A DNA stretch of 64,000 nt from Fonticula alba ATCC 38817 (lineage: Eukaryota; Protista; Nucleariida). This document shows, one piece after another, positions 24,754 to 46,862 of the stretch (position 1 is its first letter; the number at the start of each line of letters is the position of its first letter). Both the position numbers and the translations under genes were made by a program. The notes below the pieces were generated by a model. That model worked only from the letters and a program-made list of their open reading frames with translations. It did no database searches and was not told the DNA's origin. Where the stretch lies: the NCBI GenBank assembly GCA_000388065.2, contig KB932203.1; one strand, written 5' to 3'.

Positions 24754-26035
24754 GCCCATGGCCCGGCCCTCGGCGGGGGCCGGCTCGCCGGAGCTGGGCA
24801 CCACCTTGTCGCCCTTTTCCGTTGGGCCGGGCAGCCCGGGCCCGGCGGCCGCCATGGCCCCGGTCAAGGCCGAAGCACCCAGCCCCTTTGTCTTTGGCTC
24901 CGGCCCAGGCATCAAGGCTCCCGTCGCATCGAGCCCCGCATTTCCCCCGGCCCCCGCGGCCGCACCGCCCGGCCCCTCCGCCAGCTCCGCGACGCCGGCC
25001 ACCCGGGCGCCCTTTTTGGCTCCCACCGCCGTCGTCGCCGCCGCCGCCGCCGCCGCCGGCGGCCCGGTGGCATCCTTCATGCCCGAGCTGCCGGCCGCCC
25101 GCCAGACTCAGCCGGCTGCCCGGCCGACTGCCGGCCCCGACTCGGCTGCCTCGCATCCATTTGGCTTTGGCCCCGCCCCGGTGACGGCCTCGGCCACGGG
25201 GTTCGTCTTCGCGCCGCAGCCGGCCACCGCGCGTACCGACCGGCCGCCCACCCTCCAGCCACAGCCGCAGCTACAGCAGCCGCAGTTGCAGCCGCGGCCC
25301 CCGTTGCCACGGTCCCAGCCGCCTGAGGCGCACTCGCAGCCGCCGGCCCGGCAGCCGAAGCGCCCGATCGCGGAATCGCCCCGGCCGGAGGACGACACCC
25401 CGCCGGGGGAATTCCTCTTCCGCCGGCGGGGCCCGGCTGCCTCGGCGCCAGCGCCCCCGCCCCCGAAGGAGCCAGCCCTGTCGCCGGAGGAGCTGGCGGC
25501 GTATCGCGCGCGGGCGCTGGCCGCCCGGCGCGACGTGCTGGCCCGGCGAGCCGTGCGCCAGTGGCGCGCCCTCGTCCGGCAGCGGCGCCTCCTCCGCCGG
25601 TCCCTTGATGCCTGGGCCCGGGCCATCGCCCGGCGTCGGGCCTTGGCCGCCCGGGTGCTGGCCCAGTGGCGGGCCTTTGTCGAGTTTGCCGCCTGGCGCC
25701 GGGACCGAGCCCTGTCCACGATGCAGGCCTGCGCGGCGGGCCCGGCCCCGCTGCACTTCGCCCGGGCGGCCGCCCACCTCCGTCCATCCGCGCGGGGCGC
25801 CGCCGCCGCCGCCGCCGCCGCCGCCCCTGCCACTCTGGACTTTGGGGACCTGCTCCTGCACACTCCCCTCGGCGCACGCCTCCTCCAGCTTCAAACCCCA
25901 GCAGCGCCGGCCCCTCCGGCGCTGACCGCCACCCAGCGCCGCCTATTGGCCGCCGGCGCGGCCGACCCGCTTGCCACGCCCCCGGCACACGCCTTCACCC
26001 TGCTCGGTACGCCGCTGCTCGGGGTCCGGCGGGAG

Positions 26036-26109
<74 letters not shown>

Positions 26110-26781
26110 ACAATCGCGGCCTGGCCGCCACTCGCAAGGCCCGCTACTGACCCATTCTCCCCGGCCATGTGCGCTGGGCTCCCTCTCGCCAGACATGCTG
26201 CTGAAGCTCTTCGACCGGGTCCGGCTCCCGGCGGCCCTGGGGCCGCAGCTGTCGGGCCCCGCGCCCCGGGCCCACGACCCGGCCCTCGTCGCCGAGGCCT
26301 CATGGGGCGGTGCGTGTGTTGCCCCCCCCCCCNNNNNNNNNNCACGCCCGGCTCCGTGTAGATCTCGGCCGTGCGGTTCTCATCCGCATGGTTCGCCTGC
26401 TGCGGAGCACCCTGCGCGCCCTGGCATTCGAGGTACGGGCGCACCTGCCCTCCCGCCTGCTGACCCCCCAGCCCCCGTACCTGGGCGCCTTGCCCCCCTC
26501 CCCCCCCCCCCCCGACCTCCATCTGCGCGCCCGGAACCGCAGGACCACCTCCTGTCGCCGGAGGCCAGGTCGCTGTTGCGCGGCGACGCCGAGTCCATCC
26601 TCCCGTTTTTGTACTTTGACGGGCCCGGCGAGGTCTTTGACAGCCGGGAGAGTCCGATCTCGGCCACCCTGCTGCTGGAGCGCACCGCCTCGATCCAACG
26701 GTGCGCCACGCGCACACGCGCACACGCGCACATGCGTACCCCCCTCGGCGCCCCTGCCGCCGGACCCTCACACTGACATGT

Positions 26782-26855
<74 letters not shown>

Positions 26856-27515
26856 TTGGCCGCGTGGCCTGCCAGCTGCACGATCAACGCCACGGTGCTC
26901 CTGTCCCACCAAGTGGAGGTCCTCCGCCTGGGGACCAAGTCGCTGCTGGCGGCCGACATGCTGACTACCGGCCGGGGCGCGGCGGATCGGCTCCGGCGCG
27001 AGGCGCTCCCCGCCCGGGCAGCCTGCCAGCGCCTGCTGACCGACGCCGCGGCCGCCGGAGCCGTCTTCCCCTTCCTGCAGTACATGTATCTCCTGCTGGA
27101 GTACACGGCCCTTGGGGACATTGCCCTCCGGTCGCCGGACGTCCATGGCCCCCTCGCGGCTGGGGATGCGGAAAAGTGCCTGCTCAACAATCTGGCCCAC
27201 ATGTTCCTCACACACCCGGCCCTGGGGCCCATGCTGGCCGATGTGCGCGATGCCGTTCGGCGCTTGTATGCGGCCTCGGGCCCCAGGCCCCGGGCCGGCC
27301 CGTCGACCCGCGCGCGGCCCTCCCACGGGCCCGAGCACCCGGATCCGAAGCGCGCGCGGTGCGCACCGTCTGCCCCGGCAGGCGAGGTCGCCGGGACATT
27401 CGCCCAGCCCTCCGAGCCCTGGGCCCGGCCCCTGGCCGCCGGGCCGCCGGGCCCGGTTTGCACCCCCTCCTCAGCGGCGCGTCTCATCGACCGGGCCCGG
27501 AGCCTCTTCCTCTGA
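21481..27515 (+). CDS. SAC3: SAC3/GANP (MCM3AP) family TREX-2 scaffold, mRNA export factor
   Basis: ATG 21481; exons approx 21481-21853, 21994-22258, 22373-22988, 23146-23274, 23405-23557, 23741-24105, 24243-~26007, then several more to TGA 27515. SAC3 domain motifs YSRSAAGK..PRTLRGLALSADYL, LDYVFYRVRAL, CEGEFKALLIL, RAAPYFQAVLM and FASPAECCHFLATLG. Also PFG/FG motifs and an Arg/Trp-rich CID-like helix. Confidence 0.88.
26039..26109. repeat. Poly-C tract (71 nt), intronic
   Basis: Direct count; a second poly-C of the same 71-nt length lies at 26785-26855. Confidence 0.85.
26785..26855. repeat. Poly-C tract (71 nt), intronic
   Basis: Direct count. Confidence 0.85.
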
Positions 27516-27639
27516 TTGACTGGGCCTTGCCCTGCCGGAGCCCGCCGCGCCTGCCCACTCTCTTCACATAGACCTTGCTGCCAGCCCAGACCGGAGCACG
27601 CCCGCACACCGGCGCGGGGCATTCGCGCCCACACCCATG

Positions 27640-27898
27640 TATACACAAGCACATGAATACAGTTGCGCGTCCCTGCACACAAGTACACATACACACATAC
27701 GCACGCACGCACACATGTACGCATGTATATAAGTACACATGTACGCATGTACACATGTACACATGTATATAAGTACACATGTACGCATGTATATAAGTAC
27801 ACATGTACGCATGTACGCATGTACACATGTACGCATGTACACACATGTACACACATGTACACATGTACACACATGTACATACATGTACACACATGTAC

Positions 27899-27976
<78 letters not shown>
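27640..27976. repeat. Degenerate (TACACATG)n/(TACGCATG)n plus (CA)n tract between the convergent SAC3 and UNC13 genes
   Basis: Units such as tacacatgtacgcatg and tataagtacacatg, followed by a long pure (CA)n run. Confidence 0.9.
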
Positions 27977-28096
27977 GGACAGTGAGGAGAACAAAGAAGC
28001 AAGGGGACAATGTCACGCGCGTGTTGGCACCGCCTTGGGCATGGGTATCTTCCTCCCGGGCGCCGGCAGCAGGGCAGCCACAAGCGTCACCGGGGG

Positions 28097-38923
<10,827 letters not shown>

Positions 38924-40196
38924 GGTACTGTGCGCCCGGCGTGCGGGGGCCGGGATCGAGCGAGGGTGGGCGAAGGGAGATGCAGGGAGGGGGGGGGGGC
39001 GGCTAAAGAGGGACGAGGCGGCAAGAGGGCAAGAAGGAGCACGGAAACGGGCGGAGGGAGGAACGGCGGGGTGACTTGGCCGGGCACCCGAGGCGCGGCA
39101 CCCAGGCCGGGGGCCCAAAAAGCGCCAGCCACGCCACGAGCCGGGGCGGCCGGTGATGGGGGTGCCGGGGGCGGGGCCAGCCGGCCGGAGCCCGGGCGCC
39201 GGCCGGCCCACGCCTCCCTCCCTGGTGGAGGGGAGGACCGGCGGGATCTCGTCTCCACGGTCGGAGGGACGCGATCTGCCCGGGGCTGGGGCCTGGCGCC
39301 GGCGCGCTTCCCTGCAAGGCAGGGCGCACTCCGCCCCCCCCCCCCCCCCCCCCCCCCCGTCGTGGCCCGCGCTCAGGCCAAGGCCAGGCCCTGCGGACCG
39401 ATCGCTGGTGCGTAAACGTCCGGAGGCCCGGAAAAACGGGGATCAGACCGGGCGCGCCCGCGCGATCCACACACCCCCCCCCGCAGCAGTGGCAGCGGCA
39501 ACGGCAACAACAACTCGGCTCCTGGGAGGCCCCCCGCGGGGGTGGAAACGCCCGGATGGGAATGGCGCGGCGCGGCGCGGCGGCTGCCCGAAGAACACCC
39601 AGCGAAGAGAGACGCAGCCGACGGAAACACCCCTGGCCGGGGGCAGGCCGCGGGCCGGCATCGAGCCCGGAGGCCGGCCCGCGAACGCCGAGATGGCGCA
39701 TCCTGGCCGGCCCACTCGAACAGGCCAGGCACCCGGCCGCACGCCCCCTGCCCGCAGCCGCACCCACGAGCGCGCCCGCACGCCCGGCCGCACGCACGCG
39801 CGCGCACACACTCACACACACATGCACACGCTTTTACACTGGCACCATCACCGCCGACCGGGCCCTTTCCCCCCCTCCTCCCTCCGCCAGCCCCGGCCCC
39901 CCCCGCCCGCCGGCGCCCCCCAACGGGGGCAGGACACCGCGAACGAGCGTCTCCACTGACGGAGCACCCCCGATGGCCAAAATCCCTGAGTGCCGAAGGT
40001 ATCCCGTGCCGGTGTCCCAGTTAAGTTGTGTTAATCCCCGGAGGACCATCAATGAAGAGGCCAATAAAAATAACCATTTGTGGCGGGCATTTGCCGCGAC
40101 GGCGTCCCTTTAGCCCCCCCCCCCCCCCCTTCCCCCTTCGCCTTCCTTCCCCGCTCCGGTCCTCGATCTCCCCTCTTTATCTCCTCTCTGGCACTA
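38924..40196. promoter_or_regulatory. Divergent intergenic region between UNC13 (-) and NAGK (+)
   Basis: Inferred from the divergent ATGs at 38923 and 40197; contains a lower-GC island at ~39950-40110. Confidence 0.35.
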
Positions 40197-40459
40197 ATGA
40201 CCGGGCACACCACGGCCCTCGCGCTCGTGGTCGGCGTTGACGGGTGCGTGCGCGTCCACTTGCCCGCTGTCCAGCCCAGCGACTCCCCTTGTGTTCCGCC
40301 CTCTCCTCCCTGACCTTCCGCCCCGATCGCACAGCGGCGCCACCAAGTCCACCCTGACCGTGGGGTTGGCGCGTAACTGCCCCCAGGACCCGGTGCAGGG
40401 CTTCTGCCTGTCCGGGCCAGCGGCCAACATCCATGTGCGCGCATGCTCATGGCGATCCT

Positions 40460-40506
<47 letters not shown>

Positions 40507-42390
40507 GCGCCCTCGCCGTCGGAGCTAATCCTCCTCCTCCCTTTCCGCCTCGCCCCGCCCGGGGCTTGGCGCCTGTGCCCGGGCCCCCGAGCAGATCCGC
40601 GGCGTCGAGGTGGTCGCGCGTGAACTCCACCACACCCTGGCCGCCGGCGTGCGCGGCCTGCTGGAGAGTCCCGGCCTGCGGGAGCACTCGTGCACCTGTC
40701 CGCTGGGCGAGTCTTGCCCATTGTGGCCGGCCGGGCGGGCGGGCACCGAGGCGGGCGGCCCCCCGCGCGCGGTGATCGCATCCCTGGTGGCCTGCCTGAG
40801 TGGCATCCAGTCGGACACCGACGCCGAGGCCCTGCGCCGGTGCCTCCAGCAAAAGGTGTGGTCCGGGGCTGCGTGTGCCCGGCAGCGTCTTTGCGCGCAT
40901 TTGCTCTCCAACGACGGGGGCACCGAGGTGCCGGATGCCGACCTGGCGGGCCTGCTGTCGCTTCAGCCGGGGGCCTTTCTCCCGCCGGCCCACACGCTGA
41001 TCCTGAACGACACGCGTGTCTGCATCACCGGGCAGCATCCCATTTCGGAAGTCGGCGGCGCGGCCCTGTCCGTGTGCCTGGTGGCCGGGACCGGCAGCAA
41101 TTGCACCACCCTGCCGTGGCACCTGGAGCCGCACGAGATCTCCGGTACGCCGCCGGGCGCCGGTCCTTCCCCACAGGGCCGCCGCCCTCCTACGGCCCTT
41201 CGCCCCTGCTGCTGGTCTGACGTCATCTCGCGATCTCTCCCCGGCCGCCCCCCGCCCCCCGCCCCCGCCCCCCGTCTCTGGCTGAGCAGATGCGGCTCGG
41301 TGTCACTGCGATGCTTGCGACCGGGACGCAGCATGCAGCCAGCCCCTGGCCTCGAAGCCGGCCAGTTTCCAACGCGTGTCGGCCGGCGGCTGGGGGCACC
41401 TTCTCGCCGACCATGGAAGCGGTGCGCCTCGCCGTGTTTTTTTTTTGGATGTTGTCCTTCTTCCTCTCTCCCCTTCTGCTCCCTCTCTCCCCTTCCCCCG
41501 CGTCCCCTGGGCATCCGCCCGACCGACCCCTCTTTCGCTCACTCGCTCGCTCGCTCGCCCGTCCGTCCACCCGCCCGCCCGCCCGCCCGCCCGCCCGCCC
41601 GCCCCACGGCCACCAGGCTATGCATGCGCTCTTCTCTGCTTGCAGAACATTTTCTTGGCCCTGGACCATGTGCCACTGCAACTGGACTCGTACGCCCCCG
41701 AGGCCGGCCCGGAGGAGCTCGGCAACCCGGCCGCCGCGGCCGTGGCCCTCGGCCTGATGGCCGATCACTTTCAGGTGCGTCAGCTCACGTCCCCCCCCCC
41801 CCCTGCCTCTGTCTCTCGGTCTCGGCTGTCCCCCTCGCTACGCCCACGCGCGCGACTTACCGCCGCCCTGTCAACGGCAGATCCCGGCGGATGTGCGCGC
41901 CAGCGGCACCTCGGCCATCCAAAGCTGGATGGTGCAGAACATCTACACCGCCGGGTCCGACTCCAAGAGCTTCATCGCCGGCTTCGCGCTGCAAGTGGCC
42001 CACGGCGCCGCCACCCTCAAGGACCCCTTCTGCCGGGCGCACCTGCACCATGCGGGCTGGTGGCTGGGACGGCTGTTGCGATCGGTCATTCAACGCTCGC
42101 TCCCGGGCCCGGGCCCGGAGCTGCCGTGCGGCGTGTCGGTGGCCTGCATCGGGTCGCTGTTCAATGCCTTCGAGGCGGGACTGGGCGAGGGCCTGCTGCT
42201 TGGCCTGCGGGCCGGTCGGCAACTTGTCGGCATTGTCATGCGCGTCACCTGCCACCAGGCAAAGGGGGAGTTTGCTGGCGCGCTTGCGGCGTCGGCCTTT
42301 GCGCTGGAGCTGGTGCTGGGGCCGGGCGGGCCGGGTGTTCCGGGCCGGGTGCCGGCCTCCATACTGCTCACCCGGCGGGTTCCCCTCTGA
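40197..42390 (+). CDS. NAGK: N-acetyl-D-glucosamine kinase (BadF/BadG/BcrA/BcrD ASKHA family)
   Basis: Spliced product has VGVDG|GATKST, SGPAANIH, ACLSG, LILND, CLVAGTGSNC, SAGGWGHLLADHGSGY, SKSFIAGFALQVAHGA..KDPFCR..AGWWLGR and VACIGSLF. It has three micro-exons at the 5' end and TGA at 42390. Confidence 0.86.
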
Positions 42391-42969
42391 GGCCCGAGAG
42401 AAGGGCCTCCGGGGTGGGCCCTGGCCCGGGGCGGCCCGGGCAGGACCGGCAGAACCCCAGCCGCAGGCAATCAACAAGCCTCCCCTGTCCACCCGGGCGC
42501 GCCTGCGCCGGTGCCTGTCTCCCCGACCTGCCCCGGCCCGGGGGCTGCCCCTTCCTGCTCTCGGTCGGCCAAATGCAAGCAAAAGAGCAACCCCAAATCC
42601 GGCCACTTTCTCAGAAGTCTATATTCGTTTTTTCCATAATTGTGGCCTCCNNNNNNNNNNNNNNNNNNNNNNNNNNNNNNNNNNNNNNNNNNNNNNNNNN
42701 NNNNNNNNNNGGGGGGGGGGGGGGGGGGGGGGGGGCGGCGAGAGGGAGGGAGAAGGGAGGCGATCGCCAGGGATCCCTCCCTGGCGGTCTGTCTAGTATG
42801 TGCCCCGTGCCCTCTTGGGCGGCTGCGCCGGCCGTCTTGCCTGGCCTCCGCACTCTTGCTCATCTCTGCTGTCCTGCCTCTCGCTCTCTCTCGCCCTCCC
42901 TCGTGGCACTTTCGCGCACTGGCGAGAGAAAAGAACCCAGAGGGAGGGGGACGGAGAGGCACTCATGTC

Positions 42970-45900
42970 TCAAGAGCGCTTGGCCACGCGAACGTGCAGC
43001 ACCAGCATCACCTGCGTACCGAGGAGCTTCTCGATACGAGCCGAGGCATTTTGCACCATGGCGCGGTGGATGGTGCCATTCCGGCCGACGATTTTGGCCC
43101 GGTGGGCTTCGCGCGGGACCGTCAGCACATGGTCAATGCGCAGGAATCCCTTGAGCGGGGTCCAGCCGACGGTGGCCTGCTGCGCTTCCCAGGGGATCTC
43201 CTCATGGGTGTACTCCAGGAGCTGCTGGCGGATGATCTCATTGATGCGGGTCTCGATGCTCAGATCGGTCGAGGCGTCCGCGCTATATTCCCACGGGCCG
43301 GGCCGGGCACGCTTCATGAGGAACCTCTGCACGTACGACGAGCATGCACACGCGTGTGTGTGTGTGTGTGTGTGTGTGAGTGTGGGCGATCGAAGAGAAA
43401 GCAAAGGAGAAAAGAAGAAAGAGCAGCCCCAAGTTGCAATCAGCCAGCCAACCAGCCAGCCAACCAGCCAGCCAGCCAGAAAAGAAACAGGGCACAGGCA
43501 GAGGGGGGCACACACGCACCACCAACGGGTCCAGGCCACGCTGCTTGGCCGCCGAGATCATGAAGAACCCGTGCAAATTCAGGTCCTCACTCAGGTTGAC
43601 GTTCAGCTGGCCACGCAGCATGTCGGCCACGCGCGGGTCCGAATGGAGCGGCGCCTCCGGCCGGTCGATCCGGTGCAAAGGCGACCTCTCCAGCATGACC
43701 AGGCGCAGGTCCGACCGCTCGTGGGCGTCCCACTCGTCGGACTTCAGCGGCTCAATGCCCTGCTTCTCCAGCGTCTCATTGGACAGACGCTCGGCCATGC
43801 GCTCCAACTCGTTGAGCTCCGCCTCATCGGAGTCCTCGGCGTCGGAGGCCGCATCGCCAGGGGCGGCTGCCGCGGCCGCCAGCGACTTCAGGGCCTCTTC
43901 CTGGTCGAAGTCCAGGGAATTCAGCAAATCCTGCAGCGACTGGCCCCCCGGGGCATCCAGCAACTCCACCTGCTCGGCCATGCTGACCAGCAGCCGTGGA
44001 TCCGGGTACATGACCTCCGGCAGGCGCTGCCGCAGGAAGGCCCGATTGGCCCGGCGTACGGCCGGCGTGGCATCCGGATCGAAGTACTCCTCGTCGGAGT
44101 CCAGGCCATCCGACAGGTCGCTCTCCTCGTCGTCCTCCTCCTCCGGCTCCTTGTCGGAGTCGGAGTCGCTGGACCGCCCGCCGGCCTCCAGGTCGTCGAA
44201 CAGCTGCGCGGCCTCGAGCTCCGCACGCTCATCCGCCCGCATCAGCGCCTCGAAGGCCGGCAGCCCGACAAGCAGATCCGGCTCCGGCACAAAGTACGGC
44301 GACAGGTAGGGCTCCGGCACATTGGCCAGGTGCATGGTCGCCTCGGGTGTGGCGGTCGAATCGAGCCGCACCAGGGCCCAGTGCCGGTTGAGGGCCACGC
44401 GGAAGTAGTTCACCAGAATGGCCCGCAAGTACTGGCGGAAGGTCGAGCACCGGGGGTTGTTCGGCTGCAGGAAGTCCACCACATCGATGTCATCCTGCAG
44501 CTCCAGGCGCTGGATCTCCAGCAGGATCTGGTCCAGCAGGGCCAATTCCTCCGGCACCGAGGGATCCAGGCGCAGGTACTCCAGCTGTGCGGGCGAGGCC
44601 TCGCGCAGGAAGCGCCGCAGCCCGGCCGCCGTGCTGGCGCACAGGAGTTCCGGCCGCGGCTGGAACTGGTTGTCCGGACACATCAGGGCATTCAGCAGGG
44701 CCAGCGACCCGAAGAGCGGCGGGTTGGCCGGCTGCTGAGTCAGGTATTCCGTCGGCAGGAGCCGGGCCACGAAGGCCGGCAGGTCGCTCGGGACCAGGTC
44801 ATCCTGGGGGAAGTCCCGCCAGTTTTGGTGCAGGAGCTCCGTGCGCCGGCGCGCATCGGCCACCGAGGGGAAGGGCCCGAAGACGCGGTTGAGCTCCTCG
44901 GCCGACAGCTCGGACAGCGGCCGCGTGGGGTCGAGGGGGTCCGACTCGCCGGACCCCAGCGGCGGCGCCGGCGGCGGAGGCGCGTGCGGCGTCTTCAGGT
45001 CAAAGCTCTTGGGCCGGATATTGGCGAAGATCGAGCCATAGAACTCGGCCAGACTGCTCATGTCCTTGTTGGAGGAGGCGATATCGGTCTGTGGCGGGGG
45101 GGGGTCGGGGGCGGGGGGAGGGGAGGCGTGAGTACAGGGGCACCCACAGGAGGGCCATGGGCAGAGGTGTCAGCAGAGGAGGCGATGCCGTGAGGCCGGC
45201 CCGGTGGGTGTGCACCTTGTTGAAGACGATGAGCTTTTCCACATTGGAGGGATGCGCGGCCAGACGCTTGGCGATGTCCACGTCATTGGTCTGGTGGCTC
45301 TTGGAACAGTCGATCATCAGTACAACCAGATCCACGTCATCCAAGACCTTCCAGGCCTTCTCGATAGTAGGAAGGTTGCTCCTACAATGAGAGTCAAGAG
45401 TGGGCGAGCGGGTGGGCCGGCGGGAGGGTGAGCGGGGGNNNNNNNNNNNNNNNNNNNNNNNNNNNNNNNNNNNNNNNNNNNNNNNNNNNNNNNNNNNNNN
45501 NNNNNNNNNNNNNNGGGGGGGGGGGAAGGGGAGGAAAGAGGGGGGCGAAGGGAAGGCAAAAAGAGGGCCAAGGGCAGGAGGATGGGAGCGCTCTCAAATA
45601 AGGACCACCGGCAAAAGGGAGTGCAGCAACAACAAACAACGAGTACGGAACAGGAGAGAGGGAGGAAGAGGGAGGAGGAGGGAGGAGGAGGGAGGAAGGG
45701 AGAGAGAGAGAGAGAGAGAGAGAGAGCAAACGCACTTGCGCGCAACCTTGGTCGACAGAATGCCCGGGGTGTCGACGAAAACGATCTGCACATTCTCGCG
45801 CGTCAGGATGCCGAGGGTGTTGGTGCGCGTGGTGTTGGCCTTGCGCGAGGAAATGGACACCTCGCCACCGATCAGGGCATTCAGCAGGGTGGACTTGCCG

Positions 45901-46862
45901 GAGTTCGGCGTGCCGATGATGGCCACGCGGATGACCCGCGGCTCCTTCACCTGGGAGGCGGCCTTCTCCCGGGCCTCGGTGGTGGCCTGGTACTGGAGGT
46001 TCACCTGCTCCGCGTCGAAGTCCTTCAGCGGGTGCTTGATCGGGTCGGTCTGGGTCAGGCGCGTCAGCTGGGCCCAGTCCTCGTTCTCCGAGTCGGTGCC
46101 AGCCACGAAGTCCTCCTCGGCGGCGGCGGCGGCGGCCGCGTCGGCCGGGGCGGTGCCGGCGACCGCCGCGGCCTTGGCACCCGTCGAGAGGAGGTGCTCC
46201 GTCGGCGACACGGGCCCCAGCCGCGGGCTGGTCACCTCCAGTGGCAGGGGGTCAATCGAGATGGCCGAGTCGCGGAGCTGGAACTCCGGGTCATAGAGCA
46301 GCGTCGAGGAGTTGGCCACGGAGCGGCTCAGGCGCGGGATGTAGCCCTTGGCCGGGGTGGGCTGGGTGCGCTCGGGCAGCGGGTACTCCGACAGCCGACC
46401 TGGCGTGCCAGGGCCGCCCAGGGCGCCTGGCGCGCCGGCCTGCAGCGACCGGAGCAGACGTTCATTGTGCGACAGCGGCCGATCGGGCAGCGGCTCCGGC
46501 GCCACGAAAGACGCGAACTCCTGCCCGGCCCCGGCGAGAGCCTGCGGCCGGGGCAGGACCGGCATGCTTGGCGGGGGGGACGCCGGCATGCCTGGCGGGG
46601 GGGACGCCGGCAGGCCTGGCGAGGGGGGTGCCGGGGCTGGCGGGGTGGCCGCAGGCGCCGGGGCACTGGCCGGGGTGCCGGCGCCCTGGGCCAGGCGCAG
46701 CTGGTCCAGCATCTGGGCCCGGCGATTGACCGAGTAGTGTCGGCGCGGGGCCGGGCGCTCTAGCAGGACATCCAACAGCGGAATGGCCGGCGCCCGGGGG
46801 CCCGAGCCGTGGCCTGGCAGCAGGTGGCCCGGCACCCGGCGAACCAATGACCAGCGGAGCAT
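42970..46862 (-). CDS. ERAL1: GTPase Era, mitochondrial (ERAL1-like), ~1072 aa with a very large G4-G5 insertion
   Basis: Exons 46862-45736, 45381-45216, 45088-43520, 43326-42970 join in frame (3219 nt). G1 [10 protein letters not shown]2 KANTTR, G3 DTPG, G4 FNK|TD and G5 FFMISA. After these come GPWEY and a type II KH domain ([30 protein letters not shown]). Confidence 0.94.

Noticed and set aside
26039-26855. Two poly-C tracts of exactly 71 nt as designed elements or poly-Pro coding
   Set aside because: The identical length suggests a read-length or assembly artefact. Both follow plausible splice donors and so are probably intronic.
39815-39845. U5 snRNA loop (CGCTTTTAC)
   Set aside because: An incomplete match to GCCUUUUAC with no flanking stem or Sm site; it lies in CA-repeat sequence.
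39930-40030. Canonical U1 snRNA
   Set aside because: The 5' decamer has AAC instead of ACC (loses pairing to +1G), there are no GAUCAC or AUUGCAC loops, and it is ~60 nt too short. Kept only as a weak generic ncRNA candidate.
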